Below, one piece after another: positions 13,601-28,000 of a stretch of DNA of 64,000 bases. The DNA is from Tubiluchus corallicola (lineage: Eukaryota > Animalia > Priapulida). The DNA lies in NCBI GenBank assembly GCA_030141605.1, contig JAQGDQ010000067.1, forward strand, positions 673,872 through 737,871, given 5' to 3'. Both the position numbers and the translations under genes were made by a program. The notes below the pieces were generated by a model. It searched no databases, had not been told where the DNA came from, and saw nothing but the letters and a program-made list of their open reading frames with translations. The first letter of the stretch is position 1; each line of letters starts with the position of its first letter.

Positions 13601-16600
13601 TTTTTTATAATGTCAGCTGCTCCACGCCAGCTGAATGCCATTGCTTTGGGGAGTATTTAAGTGTAGATTAATTCAATGTCCTGGTTGGTCAATGTCTTTG
13701 TCATGCAGCATGCATTTGGTTGCAAGTTGAAGTTGCATTAATAGCCACCTCTGTGTTACTACAAATTATTCAACAAAAGTTGTGCAAGTTGGGTAATTGC
13801 ATTTTATGAAAGGTTCAAATTTAAATGCTGTAATATACGTATGTCTAGTACATGTGGATGATCTTAGGATAGTGACTAGTATTATAATTGGTTTTTAACG
13901 TAATAATCAATGTAATAATTGTTGTTCAAAGTTAACACGGTGTTATGAGACTGGCATGTATATACATTTGCTTATTAGTTGTTCTAAAATATGGTAAAAC
14001 TGTATGAAATTGTTTCATTTTTAAGAAATTGTAGTATTCAAAGTTTCAAATTAAGCCAAGACAGCCACATATAAAAACATATCTAAAGTTAAGAACCTAT
14101 TGTTAAGAATCTTTCTGGTGTACATAAGCTAAAGTTATTACAGTATCCAGACGTTTTGTGTATATACTATACACATCCTCTTTGTTGAAGAATACCTACA
14201 TTATAAATTAAGACTTGTAAAACAGTTAGTCTCAAGCTGCAAAAATTCAAAAGCAATGAAACATAGTAATCTTGCACTTTCATTACCTTGGAACTTTTCC
14301 CGCTTGAGACCAGTTGTTTTATAATTCTTAACTTAAATTTTAGGTACTCTTCACCAGTGAGCATTTGTATAGTATATACACAAAATGTCTGGAGCCACAG
14401 TAACTTTAGCTTGCTATTATAATTATGTGGCTGTCATGGCTTCGCAAAGTTTATAATTGTTTGCCTTGTGGCTATTACATCTTCTTATTTTATTACTTTA
14501 GTTAGTTAGTCAGTTTGTCATCATACTATTGGGTGTTGACGTTGAGCAGATAATATAAGCCACGTTGTAGCATTCTTTTTGTAATTTTCATTTGAGGTCG
14601 CTCTTGGGTAAATATTTTTTAAACAACAATAACAACGAACTATTGGATTAGGCACTAACTCATATATTATTTTTTAGATTTAACTATGGTCAGTTATTGT
14701 CCTGTTGATTATGAGCCATGGGATGGGCAGTGCTACAAGTTTTTCGCTGATACTCAGTCATGGACAGATGCAGCACAAACATGTGATAGCGAATCTGCAA
14801 AACTAGTCAGTATTGAGACAGAGGATGAATGGGATTACATTGAGTTCATAATTACACACTCAGGATATACAAATGGTATGTTCTGTAAATGCGAATATTA
14901 GAAAAGATTTTTTGTCTTTGTGTGTGGTATGTTATTTGCAGATTACTGGTCAAAAGAGTGTTTTTGTGTCAAATATTATCTGCACTAAATAGTGTGCTGC
15001 CATTGTAATCAGTAGCGAACCTACCAGTGAGCCTCATCACAAAATTACTTGATGGGTCCTATCATCCAAAGATAACATTTTTGCGGCCTATGTATATACA
15101 ATAATTTTAATTTTCGAAATCAGTATAAAATTGTCACAACTATCCTTTAAATGTTTTTTTCGTAATTCTGTGTCAAGCAAAAGTGTCAAATAAATGTGAT
15201 TATATATTACGTTGGCAACCTTGGAAGATTCTTGGAAACCTCAAATTCACTGTCCAAGCCTCTGCAACTGTAGGGCCTGCTTGTGCATAGTTATGCTACA
15301 GAGTGTAATTCTTATAAATTTTACTAAAAATACCATGTGTCTGATGGTATTCACTTATTTAGTATTTTTCCTTTAACATTAATTGCTGACTAAAAGTACA
15401 ACTAAATGTACAGTTAATTACCTTAATTTTTTTTGGTAATGAAATCCTGCATACTTCTCTTTCATTATTGCAAAGCATTTAAAAAATTAAATTAAAGAGA
15501 TGGCGAAGACATGATCACTATCAATAATTACTTTCGCTATGCTGACATTACTTGTAAAATTTTCTTAAAATTAGATTAATTAATTTTAAAAAACCAGTAT
15601 AGTAGTAAAAATGTACAATATTTTAGTCCACTATTGTATTTAAACTACTGTCAGTTGAAAGGAAAAAGAATAAACTAGCTTAAAAGATCACTAAATGCTA
15701 ATATTTTGTATTAATAACAGGATTGTTGTTAAATAGGAAAATGGTATTTAGTGATGTGACTTTTTGTTTTTTCCTTCCTTTTCTGTCACTTAATGATAAT
15801 TCATAATGGTGACCTGAAATGTCTATCTTTTAACTGTTTATTGTCATGTTTTTTATTAGTTCTTCCAATATTTGTTATTAAGAATTATTTCTGTACTTTT
15901 TTCACTTAGTGTGTGTGTTAATTGACATTGTAGTGTTCACTGATTGCTTTTTTCTGTTTCTGTTCTATTGTAAATTGTTACAGCAATGTAAAATTGAGAT
16001 ATAGAATGTAATCTACATGTTGTGTGCTTATCGTTGAATATGCTGTAGATATATTACTAGGCACATTTGCAGAAAAAAATCTATTTCACCATTTAAAATT
16101 TCAGCATTATAAAATTGTGACTTATTATTAATGGCAATAATTCATACTTATTAAATTTTGACACAAAATTCAACTAAAGGAGGAAATGTGAAAAGTCGGA
16201 CTGAGCTGTATTTGAACTAGAGACCTTTGTATCACAAGTCCAACATCTCAGATCCCTAGATTGACAGCACAGTCCCTTCTGGCTAAGATTGATCTTAATG
16301 TTGAATTAGCTGTGATTGTTGCCATCTGTTGTGTGGTATTGGTTTTTACTTACAGTAACTGCTATGAACACTAGTGATCGTAAAACGTCTATAAAGCCGA
16401 AATTAATCTGGATGTGCTTTATAGCCTGTGCTAATAAGTTATTGTCAATATTTCTTATGTTTCATTAGTTCTGTTTGACATCTGGCTTCCTTACCTTTCT
16501 ATTTCCTGCACGTCATTGAATCATGGAAGCAATGGCCTGGCTTCCTAGTAATGATGTGCATGCTGTAGTCCTAAAATCAGCTAGAGTGTATGTAGCTGGC

Positions 16601-17112
16601 ATGAGTTTGCTGTCATGCTTGACTGATGATAGTTCCTGATGAACAAGTAGCAAGAGTGAAACCTTGATATGTTACTTGGAAGTTAATCTTGTTCCACTAA
16701 AATAAATTGTGTCTTCTATATTTGTTTTGAGTACTTGACAGTATGTATAAGCCATATTATTTTAATATAAGTGGTGCACTAATATAAGGCACTAGGCACT
16801 CACTAATTTTCAAACATTCATTAAAATGAACAGTGATTGTTTGTTAATATACTTTTCCTTCAGAATGTAGTTCATTACAGTCATTTTAAAATATCTGTAT
16901 GCTAACATATGAGTAAAAAATTATAATTAATTTTTTTTTCAATTAGAATCTTTGTGGACTAGTGGTCAAAAAGGAGTCAGTTCACAAAATCCAGATCAAT
17001 GGATTTGGACAGCCACTGGAGTACCAATTGACCTAACAAACTGGAGCAATAACAGTGCAGGTTGTGATCGTGATAGCATCAGTATCTAAATAAATAACTA
17101 CTTAAGCAATCC

Positions 17113-17204
<92 letters not shown>

Positions 17205-18971
17205 GTGTGTATTGTGTGTGTGTGTGTGTGTGCATGTGCATGCGTGTGTACAAGTATAACTTGAGTGACCTTGCAGAGCTAAAATGTCTTTCTGTCATAG
17301 TACCTCTACGTGCATACCTTCAAGGTACCGTCTATTATAGATTTTGTTTCAGGGGTCATACAGGATTGCATAATCTGTAGTTCTTCGTGACCGCCTTGCA
17401 GATCCAGCTGCAAATTACATGAGTTAATTGAAACCACCAAACTACAAATGCAATGTTCCTTCAACCCGTGAGATCTTACTTATTGGTCGCAACACGTACA
17501 TTGGACATGTACTAATTTTGGAATATAGCTGTTAAAATAGTTTCAGTGACCGATAATTTAATAGCAAAAAATGGTCTGAATTACTAAAATGTCAATGTAT
17601 GAAGCAGTGTAAGTAGGCTAAATGAAAGTAGGTAAAGTAGATTCATGAAATTTTCTGAGAATTTGAAATAAAATTGGACAGTCACCATTATTAGATTTTA
17701 TGTGAAGTAATATAACTGAATTAACTTTTTATTTGTTCATGAAATGCTGCCTGCGGTCCAAGCTAACACATGCTAATGATAATTTTAATACAGTCAGCGA
17801 CTTTGGTATGCTGCTGCAACCAGGAAAGACGTATCACTTTTATAATTATTGCTAGAAGTGTGGCTGACAGCAAAAGCAGCAAAAGATTTATAAACTCGCT
17901 TTTTCAATTTTTATCCCAACAGAAGGTAAGTCATTTGTTAAGTTTATGTATTACCGAAATCATTTTTAAAAGTATTTTAAATAGCTAAATTCTGTATTAT
18001 TATTTTATTTTGTGAAGGCACCGGAAATTGTTTGGAGATTTCCAAAGCTGAAAACTATGAAGCCATTTCACCAGAATCTTGCAGTAGCAAAAATAGTTTT
18101 CTTTGCGAAATATCAGAGCCAGATTCACTGCAAAATCGTAAGTTTAGTTCACAATTTTACAGAAATTTTTGCAAGGCATTTTTGCTTTACCTTAATAAGA
18201 ACGAAATAGTCATCTATTCAGTGAACCGATAACGTACTGTTAGTAAGCTGTTAGTGCCATTGACAGATTTGCCAAGCGTTTGGTGTAAAAATAGAAAGTC
18301 CAGAAATTTATGCATTTTTGTATATTAAAATTATATTATATTGAAATTATGTTCAAGAAATTTTTGCATTTTTGTATATTAAAATCAAATCAACGAAAAA
18401 TTAAGGCAAAAAACAAAAAATAAGGTGATTTTTGGGTGCTGCTGAGCATTCTCTTATGCTGCTGTTGCATTTCACTGTCCTTTCTATATATATTCTTTTC
18501 TTCACATGAAAAAAAGCTCACTTACACCCACTTGTTTTTGATTTACCTTTATTGTAGTGTATAATTTTTAAGTTCATTAGGATGTATTTTTACTCACACT
18601 TTTCATCTATTTTTGACTGTAAAACTCTAGATCAGTTTATAGATTTGAGGTGACTAGTAATAGTAACAGTAATAGTAAATTACTGTTACTATTACATAAT
18701 TCTCAATAATTATAATATATATCACAAGACTCATGAACACTACTGTATTATTGGTAGTAGTCCTGCTAATTGTGTTGTTGATTGGTACTGATGGCAAAGG
18801 AAGCCAGGTGATATGCAAACTGACATAATATCAAGTTTGCCCAATGGGTGAAAACTGAAATTTGCTGCCGTGTTTGTGTGTGAAAGACTGAAAATGCATG
18901 TATTGCCTATTTAAATGTGTGAAAGTTGGTAGGCCTGCGTTGACTTTGTTAGTACTGGTATGTAAAATAGC

Positions 18972-19005
<34 letters not shown>

Positions 19006-22000
19006 ATGGAGGTGATAGAAAAAGTGATCAGAAAAATTCTCTTTTGCATTCTGAGTTTTCACTCGCAAATCTTTATTTTTCAAAACATGTTTTGTTAAAA
19101 CTGTGTTATTATTTGTTTCTTTCAGAGTTGAACTATTCATATGAATGCCTCTGTCAGTCAGGTTACAAAGGTGTACATTGTGAAAAATCTTATAATCCAG
19201 AACCAGGTGACGAAACTGGTACTTGTCGTCAGTTTTCAATATAATGTGCTTCTAAATTTTGAAGTGATTTGAATAGTTGTGTATCAATTATTATAATCAT
19301 GGAAAATATCTAAAACGTCACATTATTATTGAAAACACTTATTTTATTAATTTTATACTTATTATATGTTTTTTTTTACTTTAAGTAAGTGTTGTGCATC
19401 ACATTTTGTGTAATTTTGCATTATTTTTGTGTTTGAGTGCTTGCAGTATTTGCATTTTATTTTTCTTTCATATAATTAGTAACAAATTTTGTGTATCATG
19501 TTTCATTTTGTTGCAATTTTTGGGTTTTTAATGTGATTTACCAGTTATCTATTTTAAACCAGAATGTTGAAAGTTTCCTGTGTATAACAATTGTTGATAA
19601 AGTCCTTTTTTATAATACAGATTTATTTGATATGACTAACTAACTGATTACTCGCACCTAATAATAGATCTGTGTTATGTTTTCTCTTCCAGTCTAGACT
19701 GCATGCAGCTATAGCAAGTTTCTTAGAATTACCAAACTAAAATAGTTAAAAAGAGATACTGTCATCTTACGTTATTAAGTAGTCGAGGCTTAAAACAAAG
19801 TCAATTAAAGTGATTATTATCATGTTTTTTATGTATTCATTTTGAAAGATGAATGCTAATTCATTATAACATGGGCGAGTGGTAGTGAGAGTGTCTCATT
19901 TTAGAGGATTATTCTTAATGGTGAGGCAGGTGATGAATGAGTCACAATGATGTACTTTAAGTGAGCTGTATCACTAAATCTTGGGTCGTACACTTGAGCT
20001 TACAAAGTGTTGAACGTTTTAAAAAATTGTTTACACTAGAAATTGGCGTGCGTTCATGTACTTTTATTAATGTCGATGTTTTTTTTTCTATGACGTTCAG
20101 GTATTTCCGATGTTCATTTTTTCTGTCAAAATGAGAAGTTTTCCATTTTCTGTTCAGAAGGCAAGTTTTTGAATTTTGACTATGCTGCTTATGGGTATTT
20201 GACGGCAGCACCGGTTTGCCAATTTGCTGTTGAATGGGTAGACTGCATGGCCCCTAACTCTCTTTCATTAATAAGACAAAGGTTTGTTTTCTTTGCCAGT
20301 TTTTTTTATGGACTTTACCAAATTTTAAATGTACTATATTTCAGCATTAAAATTTTGTGCTATAATGTATTTGCATTTATGTCTAAAATTTGGACCTTAC
20401 GTATTGCTTACATACATACAATGGCATGTTCGTTATAATGGCTTGATACGATGGCGTCTTTATTTATTGTAGGTGTCAAGGACGACAAAAATGTGTCTTT
20501 CAGGAAACCATCACTACTTGGTTCAATTACAATCCTTGTCCAGGCACATTTAAAAATCTCATGCTGCGGTTTCAATGTCGAAATGGTTAGTTTTCAATAA
20601 AAAACTTGCAAAAATTTGTAATACGAGAATTTATTACTTTAAAAAAATTAGTTACTTTTTATTTTCAGATGTGAAAAAGTGCCCTGTTGGTTCCACATAT
20701 TATAATGAAAGTTGCTTTGAAGCACATGTCAGTTATGCTACTTCATGGGGAGATGCAGAAGTTTCTTGTCGAGCAAAAGGTAGAAAACTTTTGCAAATTG
20801 TTTGTTTGATTAAATAATTGTAAAACAATTAATGTAAATGTAGTATAATAATTCATGCCTCCACTTTTTTAGAAGAATCGTTTCTCTGTATAATAACTGC
20901 GTAATTCGTTCATGCAGATTTAACCATAGAATGATTATTGCAAGTCAATGAATTTTTTTAACAAGAAATCTTCTGCACATTCGAGCCATGGATTTAAGTA
21001 TAGAATTCTATAGAAAAATAGAGTAAGTTTGTTCTTACTCCGACAGCGAGCACGCCGCTACTGAAATCTTATACTGTGCCAGTTAAAATGCTGTTCGTTG
21101 ATTCAGGATTCCAGTTCCACTTTCAGGTTCCTGGACTTGGAGTAAAATAATTGGTATAGTGGTTGCGTTAAAGTCTATTTATTATAGTGGTTAAAGCTGC
21201 TTGCTGATTATTGTTGTTTATTGCGTGGCATGTGAGGTAGCCACGATAGGCATGGCAAACTATCAAGACTTTATTTAATAAACTACACATTTATTAAATA
21301 TCAAACACAACACGGTAAATATAAGAGGATAGTAATGCCATCCCTCCGTCTTCAAGTCAGTTCCTAATCTCCCCCGAGGTGCGGGCCTCAAACCAGTTTT
21401 GTCTAACTACCTAATGTGCCATGAGCTTCTGCGCATAAGGATTACATCATCAGTCTTTACTTCTGAGTCAGCTAGTCGGACATCAGCTGGTCACCTGATG
21501 CCACACCTAACTAGGCTTCTAGCCACGACGATAGTTTAATCTTGCATCGTCAAGCATTTAATCTTGAATTGTTAATTTAATAATTTAATCACTAATTTAA
21601 TCAAAATCACTATTTAACACAGCTTTCCTTTACTCCTGGACTGAAATGCTACAAGGAGTCAAGACTTAGATTCAAAAGTCCAGTTAATATAACACAAGGT
21701 ACATTAAGCTTTGTAATGTTGAAGCCAATAAAACCTTTTAAACAACCTGCTGGCAGATCATCTTAAGTGAAATTTATGAATGTAAAATGATGTTGTGTAT
21801 AGCTTTTATTTTTGAACTTGCTTTGAAATTTTTCTATAAATGTTCGTATAACTTTGCCTCATTGCTTTCACAGTTGTCGGATATGCTTAGGTGATAGTTA
21901 CAGCACGTTGATATATGCTCAATATTTTTATCAGGCATTTGATCTGTTTATGAGCTCTGGCAGCTTTTAGTTATCAAATTGAGTTTTGTCAGATAATAAT

Positions 22001-25000
22001 AACTCGTTGTTGTGTATTTCACTTGATGGCTGGGTGTTTAATTTTGCTTCATTGGTTTAAAACTTCTATTAGCAGACATTAATAATGTTGCAAGCCGCTA
22101 AATGTTGCAACACTAAAATAAATTACCCTTTAATCCTATAATCAGAAAGTAGTATAGTAGCTGCCATACAGCTTAACTTATTCCTCAATAGCTTTCATCT
22201 CGACTCACTCATACCATGTGGGATTTGAGCAAATTTCTTACACATGAACTACATTTTCTATAAATAATGTGCAACTAATATAGCATGGAATGCTTAATAG
22301 TAATCGTTAACTGGAGCTGTCGGATTCAAAACTAAAGAATAGTAGTACAAACATCCGATATTTCATTTGTCTTATCATTTAACTTTTTTATGCATCTAAG
22401 TGGAAAAAATCTTACACATTTATAAATATTAATAGAAAAAAGTCCATCAGATTATGATGCAACACAATTGGCTTTTGTAATTTAGAAAAAATTGAAATAT
22501 TATAATTTCAATTAATTTGTATATTGTTTCGTAGATAGAAATATTATTGTGATTGTCAGATCTTGAATTGTAAATGTGATTTATAATTAATCAGGTTAGC
22601 TAGCTGAAGTTTAAACAATAGTGTAGCATCTTTTTATTACTGGATAGTAGGCAAGCCCATCAGTTTTGTGTACATAATGTGAATATTTCATGCATGCATT
22701 TTTTTCACCTTATTTACATTGAGTTTTCAAGAATTGCATCCACAAATTTATTTTATATTTGATTTTAATAGGTGGAGACTTGGCTAGTATAGATAACAAT
22801 GCCACAGAAGCATTTTTAATGTCATTAGTTAAAAACTCACAGCTGGTGAATTATACTACTGCCATGTTCTGGATTGCATTGAAGAGAGATAATAATGTGA
22901 ATGGTGATAATTCATATGCCTGGACTGATGGAAGCACTAGTTCTTACAGGTTAGTCAAAATTCAAATTTGCATTCATTGGGGAACTCCTTGAGCATATTC
23001 AACTTTCCCGCATGTTTGTATTATGCAAATTAATTGTTTTCTATCTATTCCTTTCTATTTTTTACTGTGTATTTGCACACTTGATCATGAAATTCTAAGT
23101 TTGTGTTACCAGAATATGTGAGAGTTTGCAGCATTTTGTTGTGCTTAATTTAGGCATCTTCATTTGTGCTAAATATTTTTAGAAACTGGAAATCTGATTG
23201 GGTTGATCATGAAGGCTCTGAAGCCTGTGGCTACCTGGTTCCAGTACAAGTGCAGAATGAATATGTGTATGTCTGGGATTCGCATATGTGCAGCATGAAA
23301 CTCTATTGGATGTGCAGATACCCACCATTTGGTAAATGAAACACTAACAACAGTAGATTTAAACGTCATTTATAAAAGTGATTAGTTGTTAATTTAATGA
23401 AACAGAACATAAAATTCAGAAATTGTTATTATGTAAGATAGATTGAGAAGTAAAGGATAATGTGTTGACATGAGTGCACTTTTGCTTCAGTTTTTTGTCA
23501 AAATCATCATCTAAAAGGCAAAAATATGTGGAGGCCTTCATCATAAAAATGTTGGACTCTGTTTGATTGAATGCTAAAATGATTTGAAATATCAGAGGAA
23601 AATCTAACTATTTTATTGTTGTTTTATAGCTAAGGGTGAACCGTTGTAAGAAAACTGCATTTTATGCTGTTTAGAAATTACCTCTGTGATATCACTGTAG
23701 AACCTGCAGTATTAATATTTACCGTTGTAGCAATAAAGCAGTGGATTTTGAAACATGTTTGATGGTTTCAGCACGTGTATTACCGGAATGCTAAAAAGCA
23801 TTTAATTAGGATTCTTGTTTATTAGATCAGAATTACTGTGCATGATTTAACGTAAGTAGGTCTTTACCATAATATTGACAACTTTTTCTGATAGTCCTTT
23901 TTTTAACATTTATTGTATTTAATGTAGAAATTTTTAAACAAGCGTAATGTAACAACAGTTCCCAATCAATCTTGTTTCTCAGAATGGAAATTAGTAAAAC
24001 AATAATGACAACGTTGGAGAATATACAGTTTAGAGACCGTATGTGTGTGTGCGCATGCGCGCGTGTGTGTTAAGTAAATAACATTCAAAATATTCATTAC
24101 AAATAATTTGTGATTCCCAACTAGATAATGTGCAATTTGCATTGAAGACCAACTAAAATTTGTTCACATTCTGCTGGTATTGTGAAATTTTAGTATGCTT
24201 TTTTCCTAATTAATGTGTCTAGTTCCGCTTAATTGATATGTTCCCTAGAATCATGTCTATAATCTTTGTACATTTTTGTAGCTAATGAACCACCTAGACT
24301 GTCCATTGTGCCTGGAGAAACGACAACAGCTCAATCTGGAGAGATTACAACAACTGAACCTGGAGAGATGACAACAACTGAACCACTAAAAACTACAACG
24401 GCAACTGATAAACCTGGTAAACTGAGTAACTAGTCATTCATTTCATGTCACAAAAATTTAAATTGTGCACCAAATATCTCATTAAAACTTCATAAAACTG
24501 TTAAAACGAATATTATTTTACTGTATTTGATGAAAAATTTGTTATATCTCAAATTCACAGTTGCCTAAAAGGAGTCGTATTATCCTTCACTTTTGATGTA
24601 AATAACTGTAATCATAAACAAATTAGTAACAAATATTTATTAGTGATTAATACTGAAAGTACTGTACTGATTTTATCTACTTTATAGAAGAAGTTTGTCA
24701 GGAAACGGAAGCCAGGGGAATTACTTTTCCAGCCACACCATTTGGTGAAGTAGCTGTACAACCTTGTCCGGAGGGAACTAGTGGTAAATCTCTTTGTCTG
24801 ATCACTTGTTAACAATTTTATTACTTTATGTAAATTTTGTTTGCCTATGAATAGTATTACATTCTACTGGTAACATTGTATGAAACAGTGATACTGTAGT
24901 GATGCATATTTTGCATTATGCACCTTTTAATTTTATATAGACTATTTTGCAACAGACCGTCTCAAACAAGGACATAGCCACTCGGACGAACTCTAGTTAG

Positions 25001-28000
25001 AATGAATATCTATATGTCCAGGAAGTAAAATTTTGACATCTAATTTGCTTTTGATAAGTGGAGCAGTGCCTGTTAACCTTTTTCTGAAACGAAAAGAAAT
25101 TTTTTGTAAGGAAATTTTGTTGCCTAGTGATTGCTTTAGTTTGCTGTAATATTTCCTATGTGTGTTCTTTTATATGGTCTGCATACTCAAAATACTGTCC
25201 AGCTCTCTATTATTGGATTTAGTTATCCTAGCACAATAATGGTTATGCAGGACGTGAACATAACCTTCATGACTTAGGTATCTTAGTAAGGTTCATTATA
25301 CATACATCTTCCTTTAGCAAAATAAACAACATCCACATGCATTATGTGACAGGTAAACAACTGCCCAGAAGTTATTTTCTCACTTGACCATTTGCTAATC
25401 TGGTCGAGCTTTGTTTAATTGCTAAGTGTTGAGTTTGTACTCTACTTTCACTTCAATTTATGTAGCAAAGCACACTTTCACATTATAGTCTTTGCCATGC
25501 ATTAATTTGGTAAGAAAGAAACTGTTTAATTATAGGTAATGCAACTTGGTATTGTAACAAAGATCTTGCTAGCTTCTCACCAGATGGACCGGATTTGAGC
25601 TCTTGCAAACAACCTTGGGTTGGTGAAGTAGAAGACATGGTACTACACTGCTATTAAAAACGAAGTTTATGTTTGCACATTATTAAATAACTGTGTCATT
25701 AGTGTTGTGTTTTGTTTCTCTCGGAAGGCTCGTAGAGAAAACCAGAAAACACGCCGTAAAATAAAACTACTTTATTTAGCGAGAATTCTACTGCACAAAT
25801 AGATGAAGGAACGAGAAATGATTTTACTAAACGTGAAAATCTGGAAAACGTTTAAGTAAGTAAATGCGTAAGTATAAGTCCGTATTAGATCTGCGTGCTC
25901 TGTGTGCGATCCCCTGTCGGCAGCCTGCTTCGCCTTATATAGCACGCCGTAGAAACTTCTCGAACAAATGTTCGAGAACAATCCAGACGGTAAGGCGGTC
26001 ATTCCGACGGAACATTCTACGATGTTCTATGCAATGCTGCTTGACGTCTGCGATCTCTACAACAATTAGCAAATGTAAATTTTAGCATTTTTAAGTGTGC
26101 AAATTGTTAATGTTAATGTTATGTTATGTTAATAGGCAAATTGATCCTTGGAGATCAACTTTAATTAGTTGTATGATGTGGGCTTGTATAAACTCATGAA
26201 CAAGTAATATGCATAAACTAACAAATGACACATAAAGTTTAAAGTTTATTTTGAACTTATCAAGCTTATATTAAACATATTATTAAACTTATTAATAAAG
26301 ATGTAGTATTCACAATCAAAACAACCAGTGAGTCTGAAACGCAAATAAAAGCATATAAAATGCGGGCGGATTCAGGATTTTTGAAAGGGAGGGTTCCAAA
26401 TGTGATGAGGCAGAAATGCGAATGCAGAGCCCTATTTTGTTCACTAGAGAACTAAATGTAAAGTGACATAAATTAGTGGGATTATGCCAAAGTTAGTGAA
26501 TAGTGGACTAAGAATTTTTATTTAATCAGCACTTTTGTGCTAGTTGCAGGAGTAAAACAAACTTGCTCCCAAATTTGTTAAAATAGCTTAAATCACTTGG
26601 AATAATTGATAACTCTGTTATTACATGCTGTTGGCACACTGAAAAAGAACCATATGACTATAAATCTAATGTGCTGTTCAAAACAGAACTGATTCATAGG
26701 TAGTTCAATTTAATATGTACAAAACAATTTTTTAGTCTGCATATTCTTGGCATCTGTTAATCAAAATCCTAAAGTTATTTGACATACAAAATTACAATAT
26801 TCTGTTAAAATTATGTGATAGGATATGCACAAAAGTAATGCATTCAAATTTTTGATAATCTATTGCACTTGGCTTCTAAAGTAATTGAATGTACATGTCA
26901 CTTTATACACAGCTGTAAATTGCCATATATTTGCAATTTCATAAAGCGCAGTATTCAAATAATTGAAAGATACGTAAACGTCTTTTACACATGGTAGCAT
27001 AGCTGCAATAGTATGATTTTTTTTGCTCGACAAAGTTGTTATTCAGTTTTATCATTCACAGGAAATAATGTGAAGTACACATGCCATAAATACAATATAG
27101 ATTTTGCATTTATGATATGTAAGTCAATGCTTGTACAATCACATCCATTTAAGCAGGAATACAAACTAACTAACAATCGAATTTCTAAAGTATCTCTCGC
27201 TGTGGATGTTTTAAATACAGTACATATAAGCAAGAGATTTCTCTTTTTGTACTTGACGGAATTAAATGAAATCTTAACATTTATTATGGAGGATTAATTG
27301 CATACAAATTATTTAATGGCATTTTTAAATATAATTTTTAAAATTAATGATTGTCATTTCCGCCTTTTTTTTTGTTTTTTCGTTGTTTTATTTTGTGTGT
27401 AATGTATTGCAAATATGTAACTAAGTATATTTGTAAATATTACTGATGTATTGTGTCTTTGTGTTGTGTTAATGTACATTTATGTACAAATAAATAATAA
27501 TAGTAAAAGCAATAGTTTGCAAAGACAAAGTCAGTTAGAGGTAACCAGGCATACTATGCAATAATCCAAAGTTCACTGTCTAATGATATTTTGCCATTGT
27601 AGGTAGACAGTGGTGCACCAGCTGTAGAAACTGCTAGTGTCTTATCAAGCCACACTTCTACCACTACTGTTATGTATGGAGGAGATATTATAGGATCAGT
27701 AACTTGTTTGGAAAAACTAGTGGCAATGCAGTCAAATGAAGTATCTGACATGCCCTCAGAGGATCAGAGAAGATCTATGGATGCCTTTACAAAGGTAATA
27801 TTAATGAATGAATGCTAGAGCTTATTATAGATTTAGTTTTCTTAGTCAGAACACAATGATAGAATGTATGTCTCGATGCATTTGATTCAGTTCTGCGCAG
27901 ATGTTTCTAATAACAGACTGGTCCATTTTAGGACACTTTTAATGTTCCATCAAAGACTTGTCCTTTTCTTTAATAATGAATCATGCTGCACATGTGCCTT

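Noticed and set aside
16195-16276. Functional tRNA gene
   Set aside because: Acceptor and D stems do not pair and the internal boxes are degenerate; kept only as a possible SINE head.
17098-17380. CVCVCV / HTHTHT ORFs (also ERERER/LSLSLS ORFs at 12071-12439 and 32864-33168)
   Set aside because: Microsatellite translations.
25680-26090. CpG-rich intronic block with ORFs on both strands
   Set aside because: Probably a TE fragment; no paired ends, TSD or domain found, and not needed for the exon chain.
26362-26400. GGGCGGATTCAGGATTTTT motif resembling a MITE end
   Set aside because: No partner end or TSD identified.
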